Assembly: GCA_049322915.1 (NCBI GenBank)
Contig: JBMOPW010000036.1
Coordinates: 1-64,000, forward strand
Source: Candidatus Zhuqueibacterota bacterium
GTDB taxonomy: Bacteria > Zhuqueibacterota > Zhuqueibacteria > Thermofontimicrobiales > Thermofontimicrobiaceae
Length of the DNA stretch: 64,000 bases
Direction of reading: 5' to 3'
The notes under the pieces were generated by a model. That model had not been told where the DNA came from. It saw nothing but the letters and a program-made list of their open reading frames with translations, and made no database searches. Position 1 is the first letter of the stretch, and each line of letters opens with the position of its first letter. Below, in pieces: positions 19,987 to 29,348 of the stretch. Made by a program: the position numbers and the translations under genes.

Positions 19987-20856
19987 TCATCGTCCGAAGA
20001 ATTTGAAACCGATCATTTTGTAGATCAATTTGGCAACGGCAAAAGGTGAATTGGCGTCATCGGCGCGTCGTGATAATTCGACCACATCGAACCCGATGAC
20101 ATCCTTCATTGAAAAGATCGCGCCCAGGAGCTGCATCGTTTCATCCCAGAGCAGCCCGCCCGGCTCCGGCGTGCCGGTGCTGCGCACCACGCTCCAGTCG
20201 AACGCATCCACGTCAAACGTGATGAAAACCGGATCCGGCAGTTTTGCCAGCAGCGAGAGGATATCGGCGCTCCGGCCACGCAGTTGGTGCATGGTGACCA
20301 GCGATAGGTTTTCTTTCTTCACTAAATCCGCTTCTTCAATGGACATGCTGCGGATGCCCAGTTGCAGCGTGTGTCTGGTGATTTCCCTGATGCGGGACAT
20401 GGCGCAGGCATGGCTGAACGGCGTGCCCTCGTAACTGTCGCGCAGATCCGCATGGGCGTCGAATTGGATAACGGAGAGGGTCGGGTATTTTTCGTGCAGC
20501 GCGCGTACAAAGCCGGAAGAAATGGAATGATCCCCGCCGATGGAGACGATGAATTTATCGTCGGGAAGAATGTCGCGGATGGTCGAATAGACAGTCTCAA
20601 CCATCCTGTCCGGCGCTGCCGGAATGGATGGCGGCGCTGCCGTGAAAATGCCTTTGCGGAACGGCTCGACGTTCAGCACTTCGTCGTAGAACTCCAGGTA
20701 ATACGATGCGTCGATGATGGCGTCCGGCCCTTCGGCAGTGCCTTTGCCATAGCTGACAGCGCCTTCGAATGGAAACGGCACAATGATGATGGCGGAATCG
20801 GCATAGGTGAAGTGCTGATCTTCGATGCCTAAAAATTGGCGCTTATATTTCTTCAT
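19987..20856 (-). CDS. speB: Agmatinase / ureohydrolase
   Basis: GGDHS, DAHAD, DVDAFD and TGTPEPGG ureohydrolase motifs; 4-nt overlap with the upstream gene. Confidence 0.9.
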   Translation of the reverse strand: MKKYKRQFLGIEDQHFTYADSAIIIVPFPFEGAVSYGKGTAEGPDAIIDASYYLEFYDEVLNVEPFRKGIFTAAPPSIPAAPDRMVETVYSTIRDILPDDKFIVSIGGDHSISSGFVRALHEKYPTLSVIQFDAHADLRDSYEGTPFSHACAMSRIREITRHTLQLGIRSMSIEEADLVKKENLSLVTMHQLRGRSADILSLLAKLPDPVFITFDVDAFDWSVVRSTGTPEPGGLLWDETMQLLGAIFSMKDVIGFDVVELSRRADDANSPFAVAKLIYKMIGFKFFGR

Positions 20857-21920
20857 CGGGCGTTTTCAAGTTGATGGATGAATTCAGGGATTTGCGAAAT
20901 GAGATTCCGCGACGTCCGTGGTGGACACATTTCCAGCACGTAAGCGGCCAACAACGGAAAAATGATGCTGTATTCACCCCATATCTGCACCAGCTTCTCT
21001 GGATCATCCTTCTGGTACTTTCCCCAGGTGACGGCCTCGCCAAAGGTGCAACTGGACAGGCTGCCCTCTCTTTCCACGGCAGTGGTGATTTGCAGCCCGC
21101 GATCCGCGCCTTCGAATGCAATGGATAGAATTTGGCTGATGGTTGGCCCTGTTTGCTGAATGAAATTTTTCGGTCCGCCGCCGCCCAATTCGACAAAGCT
21201 CGTTCCGCCGGATGAGAAGGAAATGGCCGCGGAATCGATAATGTCCTTTTGAGGGGAAATCTTCACCGGATAGCCCTCCCTGTCCGTTCGAACCAGATTC
21301 ATGGCGATGGAATGATTGGACAGGGAGTCCCAGAAAATCGGCACGCCCTGCTCAAACGCCTTGACGACAAAACTCCGTTCAGGGAATGGTGAATTTTTTT
21401 TCACCCAACCGCCTAACAGGTTATTGAATTCCCAACTGGCCATTTCGGCGCGCGAAAGCTGGCTATAATTCTCCTTCACGAACGTGCGGATAATTTCATC
21501 CTGCGCTTCCAGCGTTTCTTTCTCGCGAATGCCGATGTCGTAGATTCTGGTGTCCCCGTGTTGACGCAGCAAATTATCGTCCCAGGTCGGGTGAATCGCC
21601 TTGACAGGCAGTGCGAATGCGAAGTGCAGGTCATGATAAACCTGCGCGCCGGTGGAACAGATGATATCGATGAAACTGGCATCCAGCAGTGAAATGACCA
21701 TTCCGCCCATGCCACCGGCAATGCCGGCGCCGGCAATACCCAGCCAGATGACGTCGTTCCCGACGATCATCGTTCTGAACAAATTCGCGCCGCGGTATAC
21801 ATGGCGCGCTTCGAACGACGTCTTGCCCATGTACTCCAGCAATTTGTCGATTGTCCAGCCTCGTTCCAATGGACGGGGAATAATATCCGGCGCATTCCCA
21901 AAAAGCGAATGGTATGTCAT
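20853..21920 (-). CDS. Deoxyhypusine synthase-like protein (bacterial SpeY/homospermidine-synthesis type)
   Basis: STGA..YHDLH, GGGGPKNFIQQ and GSLSSCTFGEAVTWGK (catalytic Lys position retained). Confidence 0.9.
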   Translation of the reverse strand: MTYHSLFGNAPDIIPRPLERGWTIDKLLEYMGKTSFEARHVYRGANLFRTMIVGNDVIWLGIAGAGIAGGMGGMVISLLDASFIDIICSTGAQVYHDLHFAFALPVKAIHPTWDDNLLRQHGDTRIYDIGIREKETLEAQDEIIRTFVKENYSQLSRAEMASWEFNNLLGGWVKKNSPFPERSFVVKAFEQGVPIFWDSLSNHSIAMNLVRTDREGYPVKISPQKDIIDSAAISFSSGGTSFVELGGGGPKNFIQQTGPTISQILSIAFEGADRGLQITTAVEREGSLSSCTFGEAVTWGKYQKDDPEKLVQIWGEYSIIFPLLAAYVLEMCPPRTSRNLISQIPEFIHQLENAR

Positions 21921-21933
21921 AACGGAGCCTTTT

Positions 21934-22491
21934 TTATTCGGTGATCATCACAGCGCAGGCCAGGACCGTTGTCCACAATCCATCTTTGTGACCTCGCGCT
22001 GTTTGGGCGATACTTCGACTTGAAAAATGGCGATTCTTTTCGGTGATGTACAGCTTCTTTCGTTCGTCCCAGGCTTTGTCCGGGTCCAACTCAATGCCGA
22101 GAGTCGACGCCAGCATGGTGGCTGCCAGGTCCTCGGCAAAGTCCGATGCTTTTTTCTGGATCTGGCCGAACGAGTGGTGTTCGCTGATATAGCCGTATTG
22201 GTTACGATCTTTCGGTTGCGCCAGCCCAATGCTCGCTGCAATTAACCGGTTCGGTTCATCCGTATATTCTTTGGCCATGACCACGAAGGTGATGGCGCCG
22301 GCCTGCAAATATTTTACGCCCTCTTCCTTGCTGACGATTTTGCATTCGGGCGGGAAAATGCTTGAGACACTGACAAGATTGCATCGTTCGATGCCTGCAC
22401 TGCGGAGGGCTAACTCGAAGCTTTGAAGTTTGTTTCGATGATAGCCGACTCCCTTAGTGAAAAACATTTTTTTGGGGATTAAATTGCTCAC
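21934..22491 (-). CDS. pdaD: Pyruvoyl-dependent arginine decarboxylase
   Basis: GTG start with GGAGG RBS; SFELALR.AGI..CNLVSVSSIFPP self-cleavage motif; GYISEHH. Confidence 0.9.
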   Translation of the reverse strand: MSNLIPKKMFFTKGVGYHRNKLQSFELALRSAGIERCNLVSVSSIFPPECKIVSKEEGVKYLQAGAITFVVMAKEYTDEPNRLIAASIGLAQPKDRNQYGYISEHHSFGQIQKKASDFAEDLAATMLASTLGIELDPDKAWDERKKLYITEKNRHFSSRSIAQTARGHKDGLWTTVLACAVMITE

Positions 22492-22548
22492 GGTTCCTCC
22501 AAAATCTACTCTGTATGTAATTGTTCGAACACTAAGTTGAACCTGAAT

Positions 22549-23112
22549 TTACTCTTCTGTATGGCTGGTCATTTGAAAGTCCTGCGGATGATAGCCCTGT
22601 TCCAACAGAATCCGGTTGATACGCTCCATGAGTTCCGGCGCAAGCTGCGGCTGTCGGCCCAGAATCCAACCGTATTTTCTATCCGGCGAGCCGACAATGG
22701 CGTAGCGGTAATCTTCATCCAGACCAATGATCCAGTAGTCGCCCCAAAACAGGGAGACTCCCAGAATTCGCACAAAGCTCACTTTGAGTTTGGCATTGGT
22801 CTTTTTATCGGCTATTTTAGCGATACCTTTTGCCTGAATCCATGATCCATCTTTTTTCATACAACGGTTGATGACGTCAATATTCCCATCGTCGCGGAGA
22901 CGGTATTCAGCCGTGGTGCCGCTGTCGCACGAGCGCTGGAATCGGTTGGGAATTTTCCCGATTTCGTACCAGACGCCGGCGTAGCGGTTCAAATCAACGG
23001 CTGCGACAACTTTTTGTTCAACCGATGCTCCGCTTTCCCGGTTAGTTTGGGCGCAAGCGCAGAAGGCCAGAAGACAGACTGCCACGCTGAGATGAACTGT
23101 CGCGTTTACCAT
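22549..23112 (-). CDS. Bacterial lipocalin (Blc-like lipoprotein)
   Basis: VDLNRYAGVWYEI, GDYWII and YGWILGR motifs; Cys-containing signal peptide. Confidence 0.9.
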   Translation of the reverse strand: MVNATVHLSVAVCLLAFCACAQTNRESGASVEQKVVAAVDLNRYAGVWYEIGKIPNRFQRSCDSGTTAEYRLRDDGNIDVINRCMKKDGSWIQAKGIAKIADKKTNAKLKVSFVRILGVSLFWGDYWIIGLDEDYRYAIVGSPDRKYGWILGRQPQLAPELMERINRILLEQGYHPQDFQMTSHTEE

Positions 23113-23586
23113 GCCGAACTATCCTTTCAATTGTCGATGACAACAATCTATCCGTTGAACGGACAGACCTGAATCGAGGTAAACAGGTACAAAAAAACCG
23201 CCTAATATAATAAATTAATTTTTTAAATACCAAATAAATTTTAAAAATTATCATTCAATTTCATCGATTGCAGACAAATTTGAAATTGTAAAATCAGATA
23301 ACTCCCGTAAAAATTGACGGATAACTCTGTCACCCGTGGCGCGGAAAATAGGGTATTTTCTCCATGCTCGCGCAGTTCAGGCTGTTCGGAATGTGCTCAA
23401 TTTTTGAATTGTTTGAAATGTTCATGTGGGACAACTGTCGCCGGCTGTTCAACCGCCGGCAGGATTGCTTTGTCGAAGTCATGAGTGGCTGCGGAAGTGT
23501 GAATCGCCCCTCTCCGCAAATGCCTCTGCCGCAGAGCAGGGAAGAAGGCGCGCCATTCGGTGGGCGCGGAATGAATGCGCCGCAAC

Positions 23587-25113
23587 TCACTCGAACACGT
23601 GATGCGCTCGCCCCAGGTCCCTGGCCAGCGGCGTTACAATGACTTCTTTATCCAATTTGATTTTCTCGCCGCGGGCAATGGCCTGGCGGACATCCTTCTC
23701 GGTGATCAGTTTTTTCTGATCGCCGGAGGAAACGGACTGGCTCGCAGCCCGATCGTGGGACAGTGGTCGGGTCTCGAACGCCAATCGTTTGATATTGATC
23801 AAATGCAACGGAGAGATATTGTCGGATGTGATGTTGCCGCCGTATGTGCCGCAGCCCAGGGTGAGCGACGGCGGCAGATTGGTCGTGTAGCCCACTGCGC
23901 CGTGCGTGCTCGGTGTATTCACAAGAATCCGATAGGCCGGTTTTTTGAGCGCGAATTCCATAATCACGTCGCGATTGTTGGAATGGATGGCGAGGGTATG
24001 TCCCATGCCGCCGAATTTCAGGAGCTCGACGCAGCGCTGGCAGCCCTGTTCCCAGCCGTCCACTTCATAGTAGGCGATGACCGGGGATAGCTTTTCAACG
24101 GACAGCGGGTATTCCTTGCCAACGCCGGCCAGTTCCGCCACCAGCAGCGTGGTATCGCCCGGCGTCTGAAAACCGGCCTGTTGCGCGATGAAATGCGCCG
24201 GCTGTCCCACCAGTTTGGGATTGATCGTCAGCCGAGAATCGACCAGCACGTTGGCGACCAGCGCGGATTCTTTCGCATTCATTAAATAGGCGCGGTGGTC
24301 CTTCAGCGCCTGCTTCACCTCCGCGCTGATGGATTTGTCCACAATGACCGATTGCTCGGACGCGCAGACCGTGCCATTGTCGAACGTTTTGGAGGCGATG
24401 ATGTCGGCCACCGCTTTCCTCACATCTGCGGATTTTTCAATGAACGCCGGCACATTGCCCGGGCCGACGCCGAACGCCGGCTTGCCGGAGCTGTAGGCGC
24501 TTTTCACCATGGCGCTGCCGCCGGTGGCAAGAATCACGGCGACATTGGGATTGGTCATCAATTCTTCGGTGGCTTTCATCGTGGGCATGGTGATGACGCT
24601 GATGGCCCCCTGGGGCGCGCCCAGCGGCTCGATGGCCTTTTGCAGCAGATCGACCGTGGCTTTGGTGCAGCGAACTGCATTGGGATGAGGCGAGAAAACG
24701 ATGGTGTTTTTCGCCTTCAGCGCGATGATGGCTTTGAACAGCGTCGTGGATGTGGGATTGGTCACCGGAATGATGCCGGCAACGACGCCGACTGGCTCGG
24801 CAATCTCGACGATTTTATCGTTGCGAATGTCTCGAATCACGCCGACCGTTTTCATGTCGCGGATGTACTCAAACACGCGACGCGTGGCCAATTCGTTCTT
24901 CACTGTTTTATCGGCCACCACGCCGAAGCCTGTTTCTTCAACAGCCAGTTCGGCCAGCCAGTGGGCCGCCTGCGCGCCAGCCTCCACCATGCCGGCGACT
25001 ATGCGGTCCACATCTTTTTGCGTGAACGATTTCATCTTATCCAGCGCTTCTTTTGCCTCGCTGCACAGCGTCCGCGCCTGCTGAATGGATTGTAAATCCT
25101 GGTCGTAATTCAT
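23587..25113 (-). CDS. CoA-acylating aldehyde dehydrogenase (EutE/AdhE N-domain-like) with an extra C-terminal domain
   Basis: [37 protein letters not shown] and SLTLGCG motifs; tail [15 protein letters not shown]. Confidence 0.9.
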   Translation of the reverse strand: MNYDQDLQSIQQARTLCSEAKEALDKMKSFTQKDVDRIVAGMVEAGAQAAHWLAELAVEETGFGVVADKTVKNELATRRVFEYIRDMKTVGVIRDIRNDKIVEIAEPVGVVAGIIPVTNPTSTTLFKAIIALKAKNTIVFSPHPNAVRCTKATVDLLQKAIEPLGAPQGAISVITMPTMKATEELMTNPNVAVILATGGSAMVKSAYSSGKPAFGVGPGNVPAFIEKSADVRKAVADIIASKTFDNGTVCASEQSVIVDKSISAEVKQALKDHRAYLMNAKESALVANVLVDSRLTINPKLVGQPAHFIAQQAGFQTPGDTTLLVAELAGVGKEYPLSVEKLSPVIAYYEVDGWEQGCQRCVELLKFGGMGHTLAIHSNNRDVIMEFALKKPAYRILVNTPSTHGAVGYTTNLPPSLTLGCGTYGGNITSDNISPLHLINIKRLAFETRPLSHDRAASQSVSSGDQKKLITEKDVRQAIARGEKIKLDKEVIVTPLARDLGRAHHVFE

Positions 25114-25708
25114 GGGTCAATCCTTTGATCGATCAATGAATGATAAAAATAATTATACCTGTAAAATTACTTTTCTGCTTTCTGGCCGTGGGTATGGATT
25201 GAAAACCGGCAAGCAGTTCTTCTGCAGCACCATCCTAATGCGTACTTCATCTCACTCTGGCGATTTTAGAAGGTATGCGCATGAGAAAATTTGCACTCAA
25301 TATACGAAATAAATCGGTCGAATCAAAATATTTTTTCAGGCCTCGAAGACGGCAACGGAAATTGCGTCCAAGAAGCGCCCTGAACCGGCAGCACGTGCCG
25401 TCTCGATGACTGAAGCCAGCCTGATGAATATGGCTCAAATCCCCTTTAGAATTTCATTTGACCGTAATCCGAATGGTCGAATTTACCTGATTTCAAATCT
25501 ATCAGGATATACGATCTCAAATATTTATTATAAAAAACCATGTCAATCCGATAGTGTTCATTGTTTATGGAAATGCGCATCTGTCTGTTTACAAACATAA
25601 ATCCTTGCACTATCCTTCAGTGAGTGCGATGCGGCAAGAATATCATGCTTCGGCGCCAAAATATGGTGATAAGGAGAATTGGATCGTCACGTATTCGACT
25701 GATTCCAA

Positions 25709-27724
25709 TTAATCCAGCACCAATTTTTCCACGAGTCCTTCCCGCGGGATAAACGGCAACGTGATGTGCCCTATGCCTGTCTGGTTCCAGTGCAGCGCGG
25801 TTTCCAGGGCGTTTTCGTTGCGGGCCCAGCTTCGTCGGGCCACGCCGCCCATGACGTCCCAGGACAGACCTTTTCGGATGATATTATCTGCGCGCTCGCT
25901 GCCATCAAGGAAAATACCATTGCCGCCGTTGCTGGCGCGACCAATGCCCACGCCGCCGCCGTTGGACAGCACCACAAGCGTCATGCCGCGGGCAATATTG
26001 CCGCCGAAACACTGCACCGACATATCGGCTGTGGGACGGCTGCCATCGTAAATGTTGGCTGTTTCGCGGAACGGGGAATCCGTACCGGAGACGTCGTGAT
26101 GATCGCGACCCAGCATCACCGGGCCGATTTCGCCGCTGCGCACCATCTCGTTGAACTTCAGGGCGATGTTCACGCGGCCCTGCTCGTCGGCATAAAGGAT
26201 GCGCGCGCGGGTTCCCACCACCAGTTTGTTCTGCTCCGCTGTTTTGATCCAGTGGTAATTGTCCCGATGAACCGAGCTTTGCGTCGGGTCGATGTTATCC
26301 ATGGCGGCCCGGTCGGTCTTGCGCAAGTCCTCGTCCCTGCCGCTGAGACAGACCCAGCGGAATGGGCCAAATCCGCGATCAAAACAAATGGGCCCCATGA
26401 TGTCTTCGACGTAGGAAGGCCAGATAAATCCCTCGGACGTATCCCGTTTGTTTCTGGCAATCTCCTTTTCCCCGGCTTCGAAAACCGACGCCATGAAGCT
26501 GTTGCCATAGTCCCAGAAATACGAGCCTTTGGCCGTGAGCCGTCGGATGACCCGATAGTGGCGGCGCAGCGAGTCGTCGACCAATTGTCTGAATTTCGCC
26601 GGATCACTTTTCAGGATCGCTCTGCCTTCTTCGAAACTGACGCCAGCCGGCGTGTACCCACCTTCGTACACCGCGTGGCAGGACGTCTGGTCGGAAATCA
26701 GTTCAGCATGAATATTTTTCTGATCGAGATACTCCAGCAAATCCACCACATTCCCGTGATAGGCGATGGAGACGGCCTTGCCCGATTTTTTATAGTCAGC
26801 CATCCAGCCGGCAATTTCGTCGAGATCGGCGGAGACTTTGCTCACCCAACCCTGGGACAGTCGCGTCTGAATGCGGCTGGAATCCACCTCGGCGATGACG
26901 CCAATGCCGCCTGATATCTCGACGGCTTTGGGCTGGGCGCCGGACATGCCGCCCAATCCGGACGAAACAAAAATCACGCCCTTCAAGTCCCCGTCCGCCG
27001 GGATGCCCAGATACTGCCTGCCTGCGTTGAGCAGCGTGATGTACGTGCCGTGCACAATGCCCTGGGGACCGATGTACATCCAGCCGCCGGCCGTCATCTG
27101 GCCGTAATTGGAAACGCCCATCGCCGCCAGTTTGTTGAACTCGCCGGGGTTGTCCCATTGCCCCACGAGAAGTCCATTGGTGGAAATCACCCGCGGCGAC
27201 CAACGATTGGAGGGGAACAGTCCCACCGGGTGGCCGGAACTGACAACCAGGGTTTCATCCTCTTTCATGATGGAGAGGTATTGTTTGACCAGATGGTACT
27301 GCATCCAGTTCTGAAAAATCTGGCCGGTCTCGCCGTAGGTGACCAGTTCGTAGGGATAGAGCGCGGTCTCGAAATCGAGATTGTTGTCGATCATCACCTG
27401 CAGGCCGCGCGCCTCCGGGATGCCCGGGTAGGAATCAATGGGACGGCCGAAAATTCTGCCTTCCGGACGATAGCGGTAGCCGTAAATTCGTCCCATGGTG
27501 TTCAATTCGTCCAGAAATTCCGGGGCCAGCGTTTCGTGCAGATGTTCCGGAATATATCGCAGCGCGTTTTTCAGCGCAATGGCAATTTCATGTTTGCTGA
27601 GGTTCAGCCCGCGATTCGGCGCGCGACGAATGCCGGCCTGAAATTGCTTCGTCGAAGGCAGTTCATTGCCCAGCTTGACTTTCATTGCATTTGAAATATC
27701 TGTGTTATTCATGTGGTTCTCCAT
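25709..27724 (-). CDS. hutU: Urocanate hydratase, long (~670 aa) form
   Basis: YGQMTAGGWMYIGPQGIVHGT, SGLGGMSGAQ, SDQTSCH and GRDHHDVSGTDSPFRET motifs. Confidence 0.92.
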   Translation of the reverse strand: MENHMNNTDISNAMKVKLGNELPSTKQFQAGIRRAPNRGLNLSKHEIAIALKNALRYIPEHLHETLAPEFLDELNTMGRIYGYRYRPEGRIFGRPIDSYPGIPEARGLQVMIDNNLDFETALYPYELVTYGETGQIFQNWMQYHLVKQYLSIMKEDETLVVSSGHPVGLFPSNRWSPRVISTNGLLVGQWDNPGEFNKLAAMGVSNYGQMTAGGWMYIGPQGIVHGTYITLLNAGRQYLGIPADGDLKGVIFVSSGLGGMSGAQPKAVEISGGIGVIAEVDSSRIQTRLSQGWVSKVSADLDEIAGWMADYKKSGKAVSIAYHGNVVDLLEYLDQKNIHAELISDQTSCHAVYEGGYTPAGVSFEEGRAILKSDPAKFRQLVDDSLRRHYRVIRRLTAKGSYFWDYGNSFMASVFEAGEKEIARNKRDTSEGFIWPSYVEDIMGPICFDRGFGPFRWVCLSGRDEDLRKTDRAAMDNIDPTQSSVHRDNYHWIKTAEQNKLVVGTRARILYADEQGRVNIALKFNEMVRSGEIGPVMLGRDHHDVSGTDSPFRETANIYDGSRPTADMSVQCFGGNIARGMTLVVLSNGGGVGIGRASNGGNGIFLDGSERADNIIRKGLSWDVMGGVARRSWARNENALETALHWNQTGIGHITLPFIPREGLVEKLVLD

Positions 27725-27732
27725 TGTTTTTT

Positions 27733-27788
27733 AGACGCGAGATGCGAGAAGCGAGACGAAAGACGTTAAAAGTGAACAGGGAATAGTG
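27733..27788. repeat. Degenerate heptamer tandem array (8 units) filling the intergenic gap
   Basis: AGACGCG AGATGCG AGAAGCG AGACGAA AGACGTT AAAAGTG AACAGGG AATAGTG. Confidence 0.6.
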
Positions 27789-27792
27789 CCAA

Positions 27793-29232
27793 TCATTCTG
27801 CGCATTTTTCATCGAAGTTGGCGGCAGTGACCGACTCATCCAGGTATCTGTCCCGGGCGGATTGCTTGACGCACGAATGCACCTGCCGCCGCGCAATGCG
27901 CTGAATGTTCAGCAAATGCTTGGCGGAAATATTATCCGTGGTGATATTTTTTCCGCCGCTACCACAGCCCAATGTGAGCGATGGTTGCAGCGAATTGTAC
28001 GTGCCGCCCAATGCGCCCTGGGATGCCGGGGTATTGACCAGAATGCGGCCGGCGTTCATCTCCGAAGCGAAAAATTGAATATTTTCTTCGTTCGTGGAAA
28101 AAATACTGACCGTGTGCCCCAGACCACCGTGGTGATTTATCTTCCGGCACAGGTCAATTGCTTCCTCAAATGTGTGCGCTGTGTAAAGGGCCAGGATCGG
28201 CGCCAGAATTTCCAGGGACAGGGGCGAATGCAGTCCCACGTCATCCAATTGCGCGATGAGCAATGTCGTATCCGGCGGGACGTCGATTTGGGCCATTTTT
28301 GCAATGGTCACTGCGGACTGGCCAATGATCTCCGGATTCATGACGCGCTGGGTCTGGTTGAAGGCCACCGGTTCCAGCCGTTTGATCTCATCGGCCGACA
28401 GAAAATAGGCTTTTCGTTTTTTAAATTCGCTGATGGCCTCCTCCAGGTGACAACTGCGGATGACCAGCGCCTGTTCGCTGGCGCAGACCGTGCCATTGTC
28501 GAATGTCTTGGACAGAAATATCTGGTCCACGGCAAACGGCACATCCGCGCTTTTGCCGATGAATACGGGCACATTGCCGGGCCCCACGCCAATGGCCGGT
28601 GTGCCGGAACTGTAGGCCGCGCGGACGAGACTCACGGAGCCTGTCGCCAGAATGAGGGCGATTTTCCGATGCGCCATCAGGTCGAGCGTTTCCTGCTCCG
28701 TCGACCGCTTGATCCACATGATGCACTTCTCCGGCGCTCCGGCTGCAACAGCGGCTTCGTAGCAGATTCGCGCTGCTTCAACCGAGCAATTTTTGGCAGC
28801 GCCGTGCGGCCGAATCATGATGGGATTGCGCGACTTCAACGAGATGAGTATTTTGAACAGGACCGTGGAGGTGGGATTGGTCACCGGCGTCACTGCAAAG
28901 ATCGGTCCCAGAGGTTGGGCAATTTCCACAATGCCGTTGTCAGGATTCTCCGAGATGATGCCCACGGTCTTGAGATTCTTGATATCCTCGTAAACGAACT
29001 TGGTGGCGATGACGTTTTTGATGACCTTATCCTGCCACACGCCCAGCCGCGTTTCTTCATGGGCAAGTTTCGCCAACCGGATGCGTTGATTGAATCCTGC
29101 TTCGTAGGCAGCCTTTACAATACGATTGGTCTGTTCCTGATTGAGCTTCCTGAATTCCTCAGCCGCATTGACTGCCTTGTGTATGATCCCTTCGATGTCG
29201 AGGCCTTTTTTCTGTGTCTCCGTCATTGCCAT
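27793..29232 (-). CDS. Second CoA-acylating aldehyde dehydrogenase (AdhE N-domain-like)
   Basis: [27 protein letters not shown] and SLTLGCGSGGKN motifs; start placed at MAMTETQ. Confidence 0.9.
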   Translation of the reverse strand: MAMTETQKKGLDIEGIIHKAVNAAEEFRKLNQEQTNRIVKAAYEAGFNQRIRLAKLAHEETRLGVWQDKVIKNVIATKFVYEDIKNLKTVGIISENPDNGIVEIAQPLGPIFAVTPVTNPTSTVLFKILISLKSRNPIMIRPHGAAKNCSVEAARICYEAAVAAGAPEKCIMWIKRSTEQETLDLMAHRKIALILATGSVSLVRAAYSSGTPAIGVGPGNVPVFIGKSADVPFAVDQIFLSKTFDNGTVCASEQALVIRSCHLEEAISEFKKRKAYFLSADEIKRLEPVAFNQTQRVMNPEIIGQSAVTIAKMAQIDVPPDTTLLIAQLDDVGLHSPLSLEILAPILALYTAHTFEEAIDLCRKINHHGGLGHTVSIFSTNEENIQFFASEMNAGRILVNTPASQGALGGTYNSLQPSLTLGCGSGGKNITTDNISAKHLLNIQRIARRQVHSCVKQSARDRYLDESVTAANFDEKCAE

Positions 29233-29272
29233 CCCTTTATTTTCGTGGGCATGATGCCAGCGCAATCGGTAT

Positions 29273-29301
29273 AATGTAATTTTCCAGATCGAAAAAGTCA
29301 A
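29273..29301 (-). promoter_or_regulatory. Sigma70-like promoter for the ALDH2-hutU unit
   Basis: TTGACT-17 bp-TACATT on the minus strand. Confidence 0.5.
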
Positions 29302-29348
29302 GCAGTAATACGCCCCTGAAGAAAATGGCGCTGTCGATGGATTTCAAA

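Noticed and set aside
23330..23590. REP-like fragments and an 86-aa ORF after ALDH1
   Set aside because: Too degenerate to define boundaries, with no transposase similarity visible.
25114..25708. Long intergenic region with small ORFs and two hairpins (25455-25510)
   Set aside because: The ORFs lack motifs and well-spaced RBSs, and the hairpins match no RNA family I can support.
27862..29274. 470-aa plus-strand ORF (likewise 25766-26914, 43059-44210, 36195-37283, 15791-16855 and 31682-32704)
   Set aside because: Antisense shadows of well-supported minus-strand genes, as expected from codon bias.
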